A stretch of 64,000 nt of DNA from Acidobacteriota bacterium (lineage in GTDB: Bacteria; Acidobacteriota; UBA6911; RPQK01; JAJDTT01). The DNA is taken from NCBI GenBank assembly GCA_965209055.1, contig OZ242374.1:3936001-4000000 (forward strand). The letters run 5' to 3'. The notes below the pieces were generated by a model, which was given only the letters and a program-made list of their open reading frames with translations, ran no database searches and was not told the origin of the DNA. A program made the position numbers and the translations under genes. The stretch's first letter is position 1. Each line of letters begins with the position of its first letter. Positions 37,553 to 47,630 of this stretch are shown here, in pieces.

Positions 37553-38986
37553 TCAGGGATTCCCCGGTGACTGGGAGGACGGTGGAGTCTGCGGGTCCGG
37601 AATGGACTCGTATTCCTTGAGAAGTTCGTTGAAGTCCTTCCGGTAGCGGATCACGTCCAGGTCCGAAGTCACCTGCTTCAGAATCCGGCGCACCAAGGGG
37701 ACGTAGGTTTCCGGTTCCATGCGGATGGCTGCCGTCAGATGAACCATGGCCTCTTCCGGCTGCGATTGCACGGCGAAGAATTGGGTCAGCCGGAAACGTC
37801 CCTGCGGCCGGTCGACGCCACAACGGATCGCCTCCAGAAAATGTCGTTGAGACCCGTCGTGTTCCTTGCGCTGATCCAACAGCACGGCCAGACTGTAGTG
37901 AGCCCGGCCCTCCTGGGGACTGACCTTGATCGCCCGTTTCAGGAATTCCTCGGCCTTGTCCTTCATTCCCAGGCTCACCTGCATTGCGGCCATGTTGTAG
38001 AGAGTGCTGAAGTTCTCGTGGCCCAGGTCCAAGGCTTGCCCGTACGCTTCGACGGCTTCCTGGTGCTTTTTCTGGAAGCTCAGGACATCGCCCAGATTGG
38101 CCCACAGTTGATCGTTGTCCGGAGCCTCTGCCAGAGCCAGGCGCAAGTATCTCTCGGCGTCGGCATATCGCTTTTCCCGTCTCGCGATGAGCCCCAGGTT
38201 GCCCAGGTTCCACGCGTCGCCCTCGCCGGCCCGGGAAAGTCGCTTCTTCGCCTCGTCTGGATTGCCCAGCTCAAGATAAAGACCGCCCAGTTCCCGCAGA
38301 ACCGCTGGATCATCGGGTTTCAGCCGTTCCGCCTTCAACATTTCCTGTAGTGCTTCTTTTTTCCGTCCGGCCTCCACATGGAGCAATCCCAGGCGAAACC
38401 GGGCCTGGAAATCCTCCGGATGAGCTTTGAGAAAGGCTTCGTAGTGGGCTTGAGCTTTCTTGTCTTGACCCAGCCGCTGATACGCCTGCGCCAGATTGAT
38501 GTGGGGCTGGGACGTGGAGGGGTTCAACTTCAGGACTTGTTCGAAAGCGTCGATGGAGTCCTGATCCCGCCCCTGTTGGAAATGAATGACGCCCAATAGA
38601 TGCCAGGAGATGGGGTCCTGAGGATTGATCTGCAGCGCTCTGCCCAGATCCTCCCGCGCCGGCTGTATCTGTCCTTCTCCGAACCGGATCTGAGCCCGCA
38701 TCTGGAGCCCCCGGGCGTCCTCGGGCTCCAGCTCGATGAGGGCGTCGAGGTGCTCGACCGCCTGATCCAATTTCTTCTGCTGGAGGTAGATCACTGCCAG
38801 GTTGTAACGGGCGGAGGCGAAGGCGGGAGAAATATGGACCGCCCGCTCGAAGAACTCGGCCTGCCGGTCGGAAAACTGGTCGGGGGTCCCGATCAGTTCC
38901 TCCCCTTTTCGGAACCACTCCACCGCGCGCCGGTCGATCTGGGCGCCTGCTTGGAACAACAGCCAGAAGGCAAGAAGGAGGCTCAT
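37553..38986 (-). CDS. Secreted TPR-repeat protein
   Basis: Signal peptide; about 11 TPR units (e.g. ARYNLAVIY, WHLLGVIH, WANLGDVL). Confidence 0.9.
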   Translation of the reverse strand: MSLLLAFWLLFQAGAQIDRRAVEWFRKGEELIGTPDQFSDRQAEFFERAVHISPAFASARYNLAVIYLQQKKLDQAVEHLDALIELEPEDARGLQMRAQIRFGEGQIQPAREDLGRALQINPQDPISWHLLGVIHFQQGRDQDSIDAFEQVLKLNPSTSQPHINLAQAYQRLGQDKKAQAHYEAFLKAHPEDFQARFRLGLLHVEAGRKKEALQEMLKAERLKPDDPAVLRELGGLYLELGNPDEAKKRLSRAGEGDAWNLGNLGLIARREKRYADAERYLRLALAEAPDNDQLWANLGDVLSFQKKHQEAVEAYGQALDLGHENFSTLYNMAAMQVSLGMKDKAEEFLKRAIKVSPQEGRAHYSLAVLLDQRKEHDGSQRHFLEAIRCGVDRPQGRFRLTQFFAVQSQPEEAMVHLTAAIRMEPETYVPLVRRILKQVTSDLDVIRYRKDFNELLKEYESIPDPQTPPSSQSPGNP

Positions 38987-39002
38987 GATGGGTCCGTCCG
39001 AA

Positions 39003-39956
39003 TCAGGAGAGAAATTTCTCCCTGGGTTGCGCGAAGTCGTCGAAACGAGTCATTCGCTGAAGTTCATGGTAACGGATCTCGATTTCGGGGAGCGTCACCG
39101 CTTTGAGATGGTCCAGGGAGAAGCCCTCGACGGTGAAGCTGGCCATGACCGAGCCGAAGATGACGGCTTGCCGGAGGGCGCGGCGGTCAGACCGGCCGGT
39201 TCCGGCCAGATAGCCCATGAATCCGCCGGCGAAGGTGTCGCCGGCGCCGGTGGGATCCAGCACGTCTGCCAGGGGATAGGCGGGAGCGCCGAAGATGTCC
39301 AAGCCGCCTCCCTTCTCCCGGCGGAACATGAGCGCCCCGTACTCACCCCGCTTCACCACCAGGACGCGGGGACCCCAGTCCAGAATCTTCTCGGCTGCCC
39401 GGATCAGGTTCGATTCCCGGGAGAGCTGCCGCGCCTCGCCATCGTTGATGAGGAGGAGTCCCACCCCCTTGAGGGTCTCCAGCAGAGAGGTGAAGTGCTC
39501 CTCGATCCAGTAATTCATGGTGTCGCAGGCAACAAGTTTGGGCTTGCCGACCTGTCGCAGCACTTCTCGTTGCAGATCCGGATCGAAATTGCCCAGAAAG
39601 AGGTATTCGCTGCTGCGGTAATGCTTGGGGAGGTTGGGCCGGAAGTCGGCCAGGACGTTCAGTTGAGTGTCCAGGGTTTGGGCGTCGTTGAGGTCATATC
39701 CATAGTGCCCGGACCAACGGAAGGTCAGGCCCGGCAGGAAGTCGAGTCCGGCCAAATCGATGTTTCTGGATTCCAGAAGCGAGACATCCCTCTTTCTGAA
39801 ATCACTTCCCACGGCCCCGACGATCTGGACTTCCGTGAAATAGGCAGCCGCAATGCTGGCAAAAGTTGCAGCGCCTCCCAGTGCCTCCTCCACCTTGCCG
39901 AAGGGGGTTTCCACGGAATCGTAGGCGACCGAACCGACGACCACGAGGGATGCCAT
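39003..39956 (-). CDS. PfkB/ribokinase family kinase
   Basis: VVGSVAYD, LGGAA, DTMNYW, VKRGEYG, DPTGAGDTFAGG. Confidence 0.92.
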   Translation of the reverse strand: MASLVVVGSVAYDSVETPFGKVEEALGGAATFASIAAAYFTEVQIVGAVGSDFRKRDVSLLESRNIDLAGLDFLPGLTFRWSGHYGYDLNDAQTLDTQLNVLADFRPNLPKHYRSSEYLFLGNFDPDLQREVLRQVGKPKLVACDTMNYWIEEHFTSLLETLKGVGLLLINDGEARQLSRESNLIRAAEKILDWGPRVLVVKRGEYGALMFRREKGGGLDIFGAPAYPLADVLDPTGAGDTFAGGFMGYLAGTGRSDRRALRQAVIFGSVMASFTVEGFSLDHLKAVTLPEIEIRYHELQRMTRFDDFAQPREKFLS

Positions 39957-39998
39957 CCTGTCTCCTTTTCGAATCCTTCCTCTATCCGGCGATCGCCA

Positions 39999-40859
39999 TC
40001 AGCCCAGGTACTTTCCCACGATGGGCTCCAGACGCCGGCGCACCTCCGCGGGTATGGAATCCGGATCGGTGATGATGGCGTTTTGGAGGGCGTGGTGGCA
40101 GGGACAATCGAAATCGCGGGGTATCCGGGTGACTGTCCGGGCAATCAGGCGCTTCGCGTTTTGGCTGTTCTTGTTCAGGTAATCGATGAGCATTTCCACC
40201 GTAACCGGCTCTTCTTCTTCGTGCCAACAGTCATAGTCCGTCACCATGGCCACGGTGACGTAGCAGATCTCGGCCTCCCGGGCCAGCTTGGCTTCCTGGA
40301 AGTTGGTCATACCGATCAGGTCCATCCCCCAACTCCGGTACAGGCAGGATTCGGCGCGGGTGGAGAAGGCCGGGCCCTCCATGCAGACGTAAGTTCCACC
40401 CCGCTTGATGGGTAGATCGATCTCGCCCGCCGCCTGCTGCACGACATCCATCAGGTTGCCGCAGATCGGATCGGCCAGGCTCACGTGAGCCACGATCCCT
40501 TCCCCGAAGAAGGTGGAGACTCGACTGAACGTGCGGTCTACGAATTGATCGGGGAGGACGAAGTCCATCGGTGCATGCTCGATCTTGAGCGAACCGACCG
40601 CGCTGGCGGAAATGATCTGCTTCACGCCAAGTCGCTTGAAACCGTAGATATTGGCCCGAAAGTTCAATTCGGAGGGCAGCAGCCGGTGTCCTCTGCCATG
40701 CCGGGCCAGGAACGCCACCGGCTTGCCCTCAAGTTTCCCCAGCAGATAGGAATCGCTGGGATCCCCAAACGGCGTGGGCACGCGCAACATGCGGCTGTTC
40801 TCGAGCGGCATGTCGTAGAGTCCGCTGCCGCCAATGATTCCGACTCTCGCTTCGTCCAT
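39999..40859 (-). CDS. mtnP: S-methyl-5'-thioadenosine phosphorylase
   Basis: [58 protein letters not shown]. Start taken at MDEAR (40859). Confidence 0.93.
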   Translation of the reverse strand: MDEARVGIIGGSGLYDMPLENSRMLRVPTPFGDPSDSYLLGKLEGKPVAFLARHGRGHRLLPSELNFRANIYGFKRLGVKQIISASAVGSLKIEHAPMDFVLPDQFVDRTFSRVSTFFGEGIVAHVSLADPICGNLMDVVQQAAGEIDLPIKRGGTYVCMEGPAFSTRAESCLYRSWGMDLIGMTNFQEAKLAREAEICYVTVAMVTDYDCWHEEEEPVTVEMLIDYLNKNSQNAKRLIARTVTRIPRDFDCPCHHALQNAIITDPDSIPAEVRRRLEPIVGKYLG

Positions 40860-41152
40860 ATCTGGTTCCCAATAATATCTTGGATTTCCTGCCTTTATCC
40901 AAAAAACATCTTCCACACCGAGTTTTTCTGGCGAAAGAGACCAGTACGGGAAATTTTCTGCACACTCACAAAAACCAGTTCCGACAAATCTCAATCTTCG
41001 AGGGCCGGCTGCATCCTGGTGAACGCGCAGCGTATCGGCAACGGATGCGGGAGGAGGAACCAGCAGCAGAGAGAGCTGGAGGAACGAATCGGAAAGCCTC
41101 GGCGGAATTTCGAACCGGATCACGAGCCCGACCCTTGGGAATTGGCCCTGGG

Positions 41153-41272
41153 CTGCGACTTCGAGACGCCGCGCTCTTCGCCACCATGTTGTACGGGCTG
41201 TTGCGATGCTCGGAAGCGTGCGGCCTCGACGTCTCCGGCTTTAGGAAGATGAACGACCCCGAAGACAAATGA
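41153..41272 (+). pseudogene. Tyrosine recombinase/integrase fragment
   Basis: Reads [30 protein letters not shown] and then stops. This resembles the box I (catalytic Arg) region RD.A......GLR.SE..GL.V.D; no HxxR or Tyr region follows. Confidence 0.55.
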
Positions 41273-41321
41273 GGTTGGCGTCAACCCCTGCTATATAATT
41301 CCCCATGTCAAACAAGGAGAA

Positions 41322-44111
41322 GTGAGGTTGAACGCCGGTTGTCCTGCCTGTGTGGTCTGTTTAGTCGTTCTATTTTCCCCCGTATCATCACTTCCGGCGA
41401 TCGCCGAAAATACTGGCAAGCAGAAAGAACGATGCCTTGAGGTCCAGGTTCTGGATCCTTCGTCCGCGACGATGCAAGGCGCCACGGTCACCATCGGGGA
41501 TCGGGAGGAGAGAACCGGCGACTCGGGTATTGCCTCCTTCTGTGGACTCGGCGCCGGGCCCCACTGGGTCATCGTGTCGGCGGCGAATTTTCAGGTCGAC
41601 GAAGGCTCTGTGGACCTGTCGGAGGGTCGGGTCACCATTATCCTCCAAGCCCGGCTGGAGACGGAACAGGTGGTGGTCGTCGGCAGCCGCGCGCAGCCGC
41701 GGTCGGTGACGAAATCCCCGGTTCCCATCGACGCCATTCCATTTCGCGATGTCATGAGCCAGGGAGCGACCACGCTCGACTATCAGCTGCGGAACCTGGT
41801 CCCTTCATTCAACGTCGCCACGCACCCGATCAGTGGCGCCGCCTCGCTCGTGCGACCTGCAAGCCTGCGCAACCTTGCCCACGACCATACGCTCGTGCTG
41901 GTGAACGGCAAGCGCCGCCACCGCTCGGCGATATTGGTCTGGTTCGGTGGCGTCACGGACGGCACGCAGGGATCGGATATCTCGACCATACCGTCGATCG
42001 CCCTGCGCCAGGTGGAGGTGCTGCGCGACGGCGCCTCAGCGCAGTACGGATCCGATGCCATCGCCGGCGTCCTGAATTTCCTGCTCAAGGATGCCCGCGA
42101 GGGTGGCAGCGTGGAGTTCAACACCGGAACCTATCGCGCGGGCGACGGCGATGCCTACAACGTCGCCGGCAATGTCGGACTGCCGCTCGGCGACAACGGC
42201 TTCGCCAACCTCAGCCTGGAGTATGGCAACGCCGATCCGACCGACCGCAGTGTCCAGCGCGCCGACGCGGCAGCGCTCATTGCGGCTGGCAACACCTCGG
42301 TGGCTGACCCGGCGCAGCCGTGGGGAAACACGACTAATGAGGACGACCTCAAGCTTTTCGTCAATTTCGGCCATCTGCACGCCAGCGGACTGCAGTTCTA
42401 CGGTCACGCCAACTACGCGAACAAGACGTCGACGCAGGGATTCTACTTTCGGAACCCGAATACTCGGGCCAACATCTTCAGTCTCGACGGTGGCCAGACG
42501 CTGCTGGTCGGGGACGTGCTCGATGCGCGCGACGGCGTCCGCGACGGCTCAGCCGGCTGTCCCACCGTGAAAATCACCGGCCACACGCCGGATCAGGCGG
42601 CCTTGGCGCGGGTGTTCGCCGACCCGAACTGCTTTTCCTTTCAGGAGATCGCCCCGGGCGGGTTCACCCCGTCCTACAGCGGAGTGATCACCGACCTGTC
42701 GTCGGTCGCCGGCCTGCGCCGCACCGCGGCCAACGGCCTGACCTGGGACGTCAGCGCGAGCTATGGCGCCCACCAGGCGGACTTCTTTCTTTTCAACACC
42801 GTCAACGCGTCGCTAGGTCCCGAAACCCCGCGCGATTTCGATCCCGGACTCTATCGGCAGGAGGAGGTCAATCTCAATCTCGATGTCTCGTATGCCGCCA
42901 CCGATATGGTCCACCTGGCCGGCGGCGCCGAGTGGCGGGACGAGCGTTTCACCATTCGCGCCGGGGAGCGCCCGTCGTGGGAGGTCGGTCCGTTCGCGGC
43001 GCAGGGCTTCGTCTCCGGGTCCAACGGCTTCGCGGGATTTCCGGATTACACGGCCGGTACCTGGACCCGCGCCAATGTTGCCCTCTACGGCGATGTGGAG
43101 CTGGGCAACCCCGACGACCGCTGGACCATCGGCGGCGCTCTACGCGTCGAACGCTTCGACGTATTCGGCGCGACGGCGAACGGCAAGCTGTCGGCCCGCT
43201 ACGGGCTGGGCGGCGCCGTCTCCGTGCGCGGCGGCGTGAGCACGGGGTTCCGTGCCCCCACGCCCGGTCAGCAGAACGCATTCAACGTGCAGTCGACCAT
43301 CAACCCCAAGACCCTGGACCTTGTCGATAGCGCCACCGTGCCGTCTACCTACAGAGCCGCGCAACTGCGGGGTGGCCAGCCGCTTGATCCCGAGACTTCT
43401 ACCAACGCAACGGCCGGTCTCGTGGTCGACACCGGAGCATTTACTCTGACCGCTGACTACTTTCATGTCGCCGTCTCGAACCGCCTTGCGCTGTCACAGA
43501 ACTTCACCCTCGGGGAGGACGAGCGCGCGTTGCTCCTGTCGGAAGGCATCACTTCGGCGCGCACGCTGGCCTTCTTCCGGTTTTTCATCAACGACTTTTC
43601 GACCGGGACCCGGGGGATCGACATCGTTTCGACCTATGCTCCCCCCGGGCTGGGTGGCGACACGGTTTTCAGTCTGGCGCTGAACCACACCGACACGGAG
43701 GTGACGGAAGAGTCGGACCTGCTTAGTCTCGGCGACGTGCTCGCCCTGGAACGGGGCGTACCGGAGACGCGATGGAATGTCGCCGTCAACCATCGCGCCG
43801 GCCGGGTTGGCCTGCTCGGCCGCCTGCACTACTTCGGATCGTGGGTCGATCACCTCGACGCGCGGTCCGCTCGCGGCGCCGCCGCGCAAGTTCTCGGCGG
43901 CCGTTTCATCGTCGACCTGGAGGCCAATATCGCACTGCGCCCGGGCGTGACGCTGGCGGTCGGCGGCCAGAATGTCTTCAACACATTCTCGGACCGGATG
44001 GACCTGTTCGCCGCGCGTTTCGGCCTGCCCTACAGCCAGTTCACGCCGTGGGGCCTGAGCGGCGGTTACTACTACGCCCGACTCAAGTATTCGTGGGGGA
44101 GCAGTTTCTAG
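41322..44111 (+). CDS. TonB-dependent receptor (classical plug plus barrel type)
   Basis: AAGGAG RBS and signal peptide; VVVGSR TonB-box-like, LVLVNGKRRH, EVLRDGASAQYGSDAIAGVLN, STGFRAP, PETS; C-terminal Phe. Confidence 0.93.
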   Translation: MRLNAGCPACVVCLVVLFSPVSSLPAIAENTGKQKERCLEVQVLDPSSATMQGATVTIGDREERTGDSGIASFCGLGAGPHWVIVSAANFQVDEGSVDLSEGRVTIILQARLETEQVVVVGSRAQPRSVTKSPVPIDAIPFRDVMSQGATTLDYQLRNLVPSFNVATHPISGAASLVRPASLRNLAHDHTLVLVNGKRRHRSAILVWFGGVTDGTQGSDISTIPSIALRQVEVLRDGASAQYGSDAIAGVLNFLLKDAREGGSVEFNTGTYRAGDGDAYNVAGNVGLPLGDNGFANLSLEYGNADPTDRSVQRADAAALIAAGNTSVADPAQPWGNTTNEDDLKLFVNFGHLHASGLQFYGHANYANKTSTQGFYFRNPNTRANIFSLDGGQTLLVGDVLDARDGVRDGSAGCPTVKITGHTPDQAALARVFADPNCFSFQEIAPGGFTPSYSGVITDLSSVAGLRRTAANGLTWDVSASYGAHQADFFLFNTVNASLGPETPRDFDPGLYRQEEVNLNLDVSYAATDMVHLAGGAEWRDERFTIRAGERPSWEVGPFAAQGFVSGSNGFAGFPDYTAGTWTRANVALYGDVELGNPDDRWTIGGALRVERFDVFGATANGKLSARYGLGGAVSVRGGVSTGFRAPTPGQQNAFNVQSTINPKTLDLVDSATVPSTYRAAQLRGGQPLDPETSTNATAGLVVDTGAFTLTADYFHVAVSNRLALSQNFTLGEDERALLLSEGITSARTLAFFRFFINDFSTGTRGIDIVSTYAPPGLGGDTVFSLALNHTDTEVTEESDLLSLGDVLALERGVPETRWNVAVNHRAGRVGLLGRLHYFGSWVDHLDARSARGAAAQVLGGRFIVDLEANIALRPGVTLAVGGQNVFNTFSDRMDLFAARFGLPYSQFTPWGLSGGYYYARLKYSWGSSF

Positions 44112-44120
44112 CTTGCAAAC

Positions 44121-44963
44121 TCAGTCCTCCCACGGAACCGGATCGACCACATACCGGCCCTCTTGGCGGCTCATGACGCCGGCCACCACGTCGGGATCAT
44201 GGTCGAAGAGCAGGAGCCACTTTTCCGCCGCCGCCCGGGAGTAGATACGTTTTCTGGTTTCGAGAGTGGTCAGCGGGAAGAGATCGTAGCCCATGATCCA
44301 GGGAAGCGGCACGTGGGCCGTGGTGGCGCAGAGGTCCCCCAGGAAGAAGACGGTCCCGCCGCCGGACCGGACCTTGACCGAGTGGTGTCCGGGGGTGTGG
44401 CCGGGAGTATGGACCAGCGAGACGCCCGGGACGATCTCCTGCTCTCCGTCGACGAGCCGGAGTTGATTCGCCTCCTGGAGCGGCAGCCAGTTCTCGGACC
44501 GGTAGGAGACCGCCGTCCTCTCGTTCCGGCCGGTTGCCGTCAGGTAGTCTTCCCGCGCCACGATGCAGGTGGCGTTGGGAAAGTTGGGCACCACCGCCTC
44601 ACCCTCCCGGCGGGTGTTGCCTCCGCAATGGTCGAAATGGAGATGGGTGTTGATCACCAGGTCGACGTCCGCCGGCTCCATTCCAAGGCGCCCCAATCGG
44701 GCGACAATGTCCGGCTCCTCGCCGACGCCGTAGATCTCCTGCTCCTTGGGGGAGTGTTTCCGTCCGGCGCCGGTGTCCACCAAAATGGCTTCGTGTGGCG
44801 TGCGGATCAGGAGGCAGTTGAGTCCCAGACGAACCCGGTTGCGGTCGTCCGGACGCAGCTTCCGTTCCCAGAGGACTCTGGGCACGATCCCGAATACGGC
44901 GCCGCCGTCCAAGCGGATGGAACCGTCGGAGATGTGGTTGAGTTGGAACCTTCCCAGCCTCAT
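44121..44963 (-). CDS. MBL-fold metallo-hydrolase (YtnP-like)
   Basis: LDGGAVFGIVP, THLHFDHCGG, GHTPGH, GD, HDP; ATGA overlap with the mce stop. Confidence 0.92.
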   Translation of the reverse strand: MRLGRFQLNHISDGSIRLDGGAVFGIVPRVLWERKLRPDDRNRVRLGLNCLLIRTPHEAILVDTGAGRKHSPKEQEIYGVGEEPDIVARLGRLGMEPADVDLVINTHLHFDHCGGNTRREGEAVVPNFPNATCIVAREDYLTATGRNERTAVSYRSENWLPLQEANQLRLVDGEQEIVPGVSLVHTPGHTPGHHSVKVRSGGGTVFFLGDLCATTAHVPLPWIMGYDLFPLTTLETRKRIYSRAAAEKWLLLFDHDPDVVAGVMSRQEGRYVVDPVPWED

Positions 44964-45373
44964 TCCTTCGGCGGGACGGGGGCCTGGGTCAGTTCCACCA
45001 GGACGCCGCCGGTGCTGCGCGGATGGATGAAGGCGATGAGGCGGCCTTCGGCCCCGGTACGCGGAACCTCGTCGATCAGGACCACGTTCCGTTCCCTCAA
45101 CCGCCTGAGATCTTCGCGGAGATCGTCGACTTCGAAGGCGATGTGATGGATGCCTTCTCCTCGTTTCTCCACGAAGCGGGAGATGACCGAGTCGGGTTCG
45201 GTCCCCTCCAACAATTCCACGGCCGTGTCTCCCACCGGCAGGATCGCTGCCCGGACCTTCTGGTCCGCGACGGTTTCGGTGGATTCCACTTCCAAGCCGA
45301 GGTCTTCGTAAAGGCGGGAGAGAGACTTCAGAGAGCGGGTGGCGATCCCCACGTGGGCCAGTCTTCGAATCAC
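44960..45373 (-). CDS. mce: Methylmalonyl-CoA epimerase
   Basis: HVGIA, QKV, VELLE, GEGIHHIAFEV, AFIHPRSTGGVLVEL. Confidence 0.92.
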   Translation of the reverse strand: MIRRLAHVGIATRSLKSLSRLYEDLGLEVESTETVADQKVRAAILPVGDTAVELLEGTEPDSVISRFVEKRGEGIHHIAFEVDDLREDLRRLRERNVVLIDEVPRTGAEGRLIAFIHPRSTGGVLVELTQAPVPPKE

Positions 45374-45375
45374 TT

Positions 45376-46335
45376 TCAGGACCTCGATCCCGATCGCTCA
45401 AAGATGCGATCCACCAGAGTATAGGGGTCCACCTCCCGATTGGCCATTTGCCGCGCCCATCGATCCAGTTCTTCCGATCCCAGGTCGTCCACGACTCGCT
45501 CGGCCACTCGGTCACGGATCATCTCAAGGACTTTCTGCCGGTAGAGGAAGACCCGTCGCTTGGAGGCCGTCTCGCGGCTGGTGAATCGCCGGAACGTTTC
45601 CACGGCTTCGGCCACCTCTTCGATTCCCTGGTCCCGTGTGGCCACGGTCTGAACGATGGGAGGGTCCCATCCGTCGTCACGAGCCGCCAGGGAGAGGACG
45701 GCGCGCAGTTCCCGCTCCGTCTTCATGGCTTCGGGGCGATCCGCCTTGTTGATGACGAAGATGTCTCCGATTTCCATGATTCCGGCCTTGATGCTCTGGA
45801 TCTCGTCTCCCATGCCCGGGACCAAAAGGACCAGGACCACCTCGGCGGTCCGCACCACGTCGACCTCGTCCTGACCCACCCCTACCGTCTCTACCATCAG
45901 CCGCTTGAAGCCCCCCGCGGCCAGCACCACCAGGGCGTCGTCCACGGCGCTGGAGAGCCCTCCCAAGCGTCCCCGGGTGGCCATGCTGCGGATGAAGACC
46001 CCCGGGTCGGTGAACAGATTCTGCATTCGAACCCGATCCCCCAACAGGGCGCCTCCCGAGAAGGGGGATGTCGGGTCCACGGCTACGATCCCCACCTTCT
46101 CGCCGGCGCCGCGATAGTGACGGGCCAGCGCCTCCACCAGCGTGCTTTTCCCGGAGCCGGGACTCCCGGTGATCCCGGTCACCCAGGAGCCGTCGGTCAG
46201 GGGAAAGAGAGACTTGAGCAGGCTTCGGGTCGCATGCGTCGGGGAATTCTCGACTTCGGAAAGGATGCGGGCGAGTTGACGGATGTCACCGCGGCAGATG
46301 TCGCGGATCTCGTCCAGTCGTTCCGGGTCGTTCAC
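45376..46335 (-). CDS. meaB: Methylmalonyl-CoA mutase-associated GTPase MeaB
   Basis: GSPGSGKST, VDPTSPFSGGALLGDRVRM, RSMATRG, ETVGVGQDE, KAGIMEI, NKAD. Confidence 0.95.
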   Translation of the reverse strand: MNDPERLDEIRDICRGDIRQLARILSEVENSPTHATRSLLKSLFPLTDGSWVTGITGSPGSGKSTLVEALARHYRGAGEKVGIVAVDPTSPFSGGALLGDRVRMQNLFTDPGVFIRSMATRGRLGGLSSAVDDALVVLAAGGFKRLMVETVGVGQDEVDVVRTAEVVLVLLVPGMGDEIQSIKAGIMEIGDIFVINKADRPEAMKTERELRAVLSLAARDDGWDPPIVQTVATRDQGIEEVAEAVETFRRFTSRETASKRRVFLYRQKVLEMIRDRVAERVVDDLGSEELDRWARQMANREVDPYTLVDRIFERSGSRS

Positions 46336-46357
46336 CTTCTTGATCCGCGGCGATGAC

Positions 46358-47446
46358 TCAGCCGTATCGTTGGCGCAGAATACGTGCCCCGTGGCACATG
46401 GCCTTGAGCTTCAGGTAGGCCTCGTCCAGGTCCATGGGATTGAGACTGGAGGGGGCGAATCCACAGTCGGGATTCAGGGTGATCCGTTCCGGGGGGACGT
46501 ACTCCATAGCCTGCTCGACCCGGCCGACCACTTCCCCGGGTGTCTCCACATGCGGGTCGGTGTGGTCGATCACCCCCAGCCCCAGGAGCTTGTCCGTGGG
46601 GAATCGCCTGAGGCTCTCGATGCTTCCGGCATCCGGGGTGGCGAACTCCATGGCGATTCGATCCACGTTCATCTCTCCCAGCGCGTCCATGATGAGGTGG
46701 TAGGGACCGCGGGTGGAGTGGGCGCGATTGAAATGGGCGTGGCAGAGATGGACGCTGATGAACGCGCCCTCGAATCCGCTCACCGTCGCATTGAAACACT
46801 CGACGCAAAGGGAGATCTCCTGCTCAAGATCGACGATATTTTCACGCTCCCGATAATCGGGGTCCACCAGCAGCGCCAACCAAGGGTCGTCCAGTTGAAT
46901 GGCATCGACCCCGATGGCCATGAGTTCCCTGATCTCGCGGCGCAGGAAGGGAATGCAGGCCCGCATGAAGGCTTCCCGGGTGGGATATGCCCCGGTCGAA
47001 AAACGGGGGTCCCACATCCGGCGGCCCAAGGTGTACGCGGAAGGAATGGCGGCGAGAACCCTGCGGTCCGTGTGCTCGCGGACGAAGCGGATCTCGTCCC
47101 CGGCGATGAATCGGTGCGCCTTCATCTCCGAGACCACCGACGGATATCGGAGCTGGGGGAAATCGGTGGCTCCCGCCGAGACCGTATCGATTTCGAAGCC
47201 GGAAACCGATTCGGAGAAGACCTTCATGTAGCTCTCGCGGCGCCACTCGCCGTCGGAGACGTAGTCGAGTCCGGCCCGTTCCTGCATCTTCAGGTTCGAC
47301 GGGATGGCTTCGTCGAGCAGCCGGTCCGTCTCAGTGGCAGCGATGAGCCCCGCCTTCCGGTCTTCGATCAACTCGCGAATCCACGCAGGCCGGGGGAGGC
47401 TCCCGACCACGAAGGTGGGGAAGGGGTGGGGAATCGTTTCCGTCAT
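46358..47446 (-). CDS. Cobalamin-independent methionine synthase II family (single catalytic barrel)
   Basis: VVGSLPRP, SDGEWRR, QLDDP; Zn ligands HLC, MEF and NPDCG. Confidence 0.88.
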   Translation of the reverse strand: MTETIPHPFPTFVVGSLPRPAWIRELIEDRKAGLIAATETDRLLDEAIPSNLKMQERAGLDYVSDGEWRRESYMKVFSESVSGFEIDTVSAGATDFPQLRYPSVVSEMKAHRFIAGDEIRFVREHTDRRVLAAIPSAYTLGRRMWDPRFSTGAYPTREAFMRACIPFLRREIRELMAIGVDAIQLDDPWLALLVDPDYRERENIVDLEQEISLCVECFNATVSGFEGAFISVHLCHAHFNRAHSTRGPYHLIMDALGEMNVDRIAMEFATPDAGSIESLRRFPTDKLLGLGVIDHTDPHVETPGEVVGRVEQAMEYVPPERITLNPDCGFAPSSLNPMDLDEAYLKLKAMCHGARILRQRYG

Positions 47447-47630
47447 GCCGCGTTCACTCCCGGGTGGCCGGCTGGCCCGGAAGTTCGTTCGGAACCTCGG
47501 GGGGGCCTGCCGGCGCCCAGTCTACTACGAGCCGGTGCGGCAAGTCGGAGAACCGGTGGGATCCGGTCAGGCCGGTCCGAATGCGGGACGCGGGTTGAGC
47601 GTCACGTCCGCATCTGTTAAACCGGGACCC

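Noticed and set aside
47447-47630. SAM or cobalamin riboswitch upstream of the MetE-like gene
   Set aside because: No recognisable conserved riboswitch core by eye; an Rfam scan would be needed.
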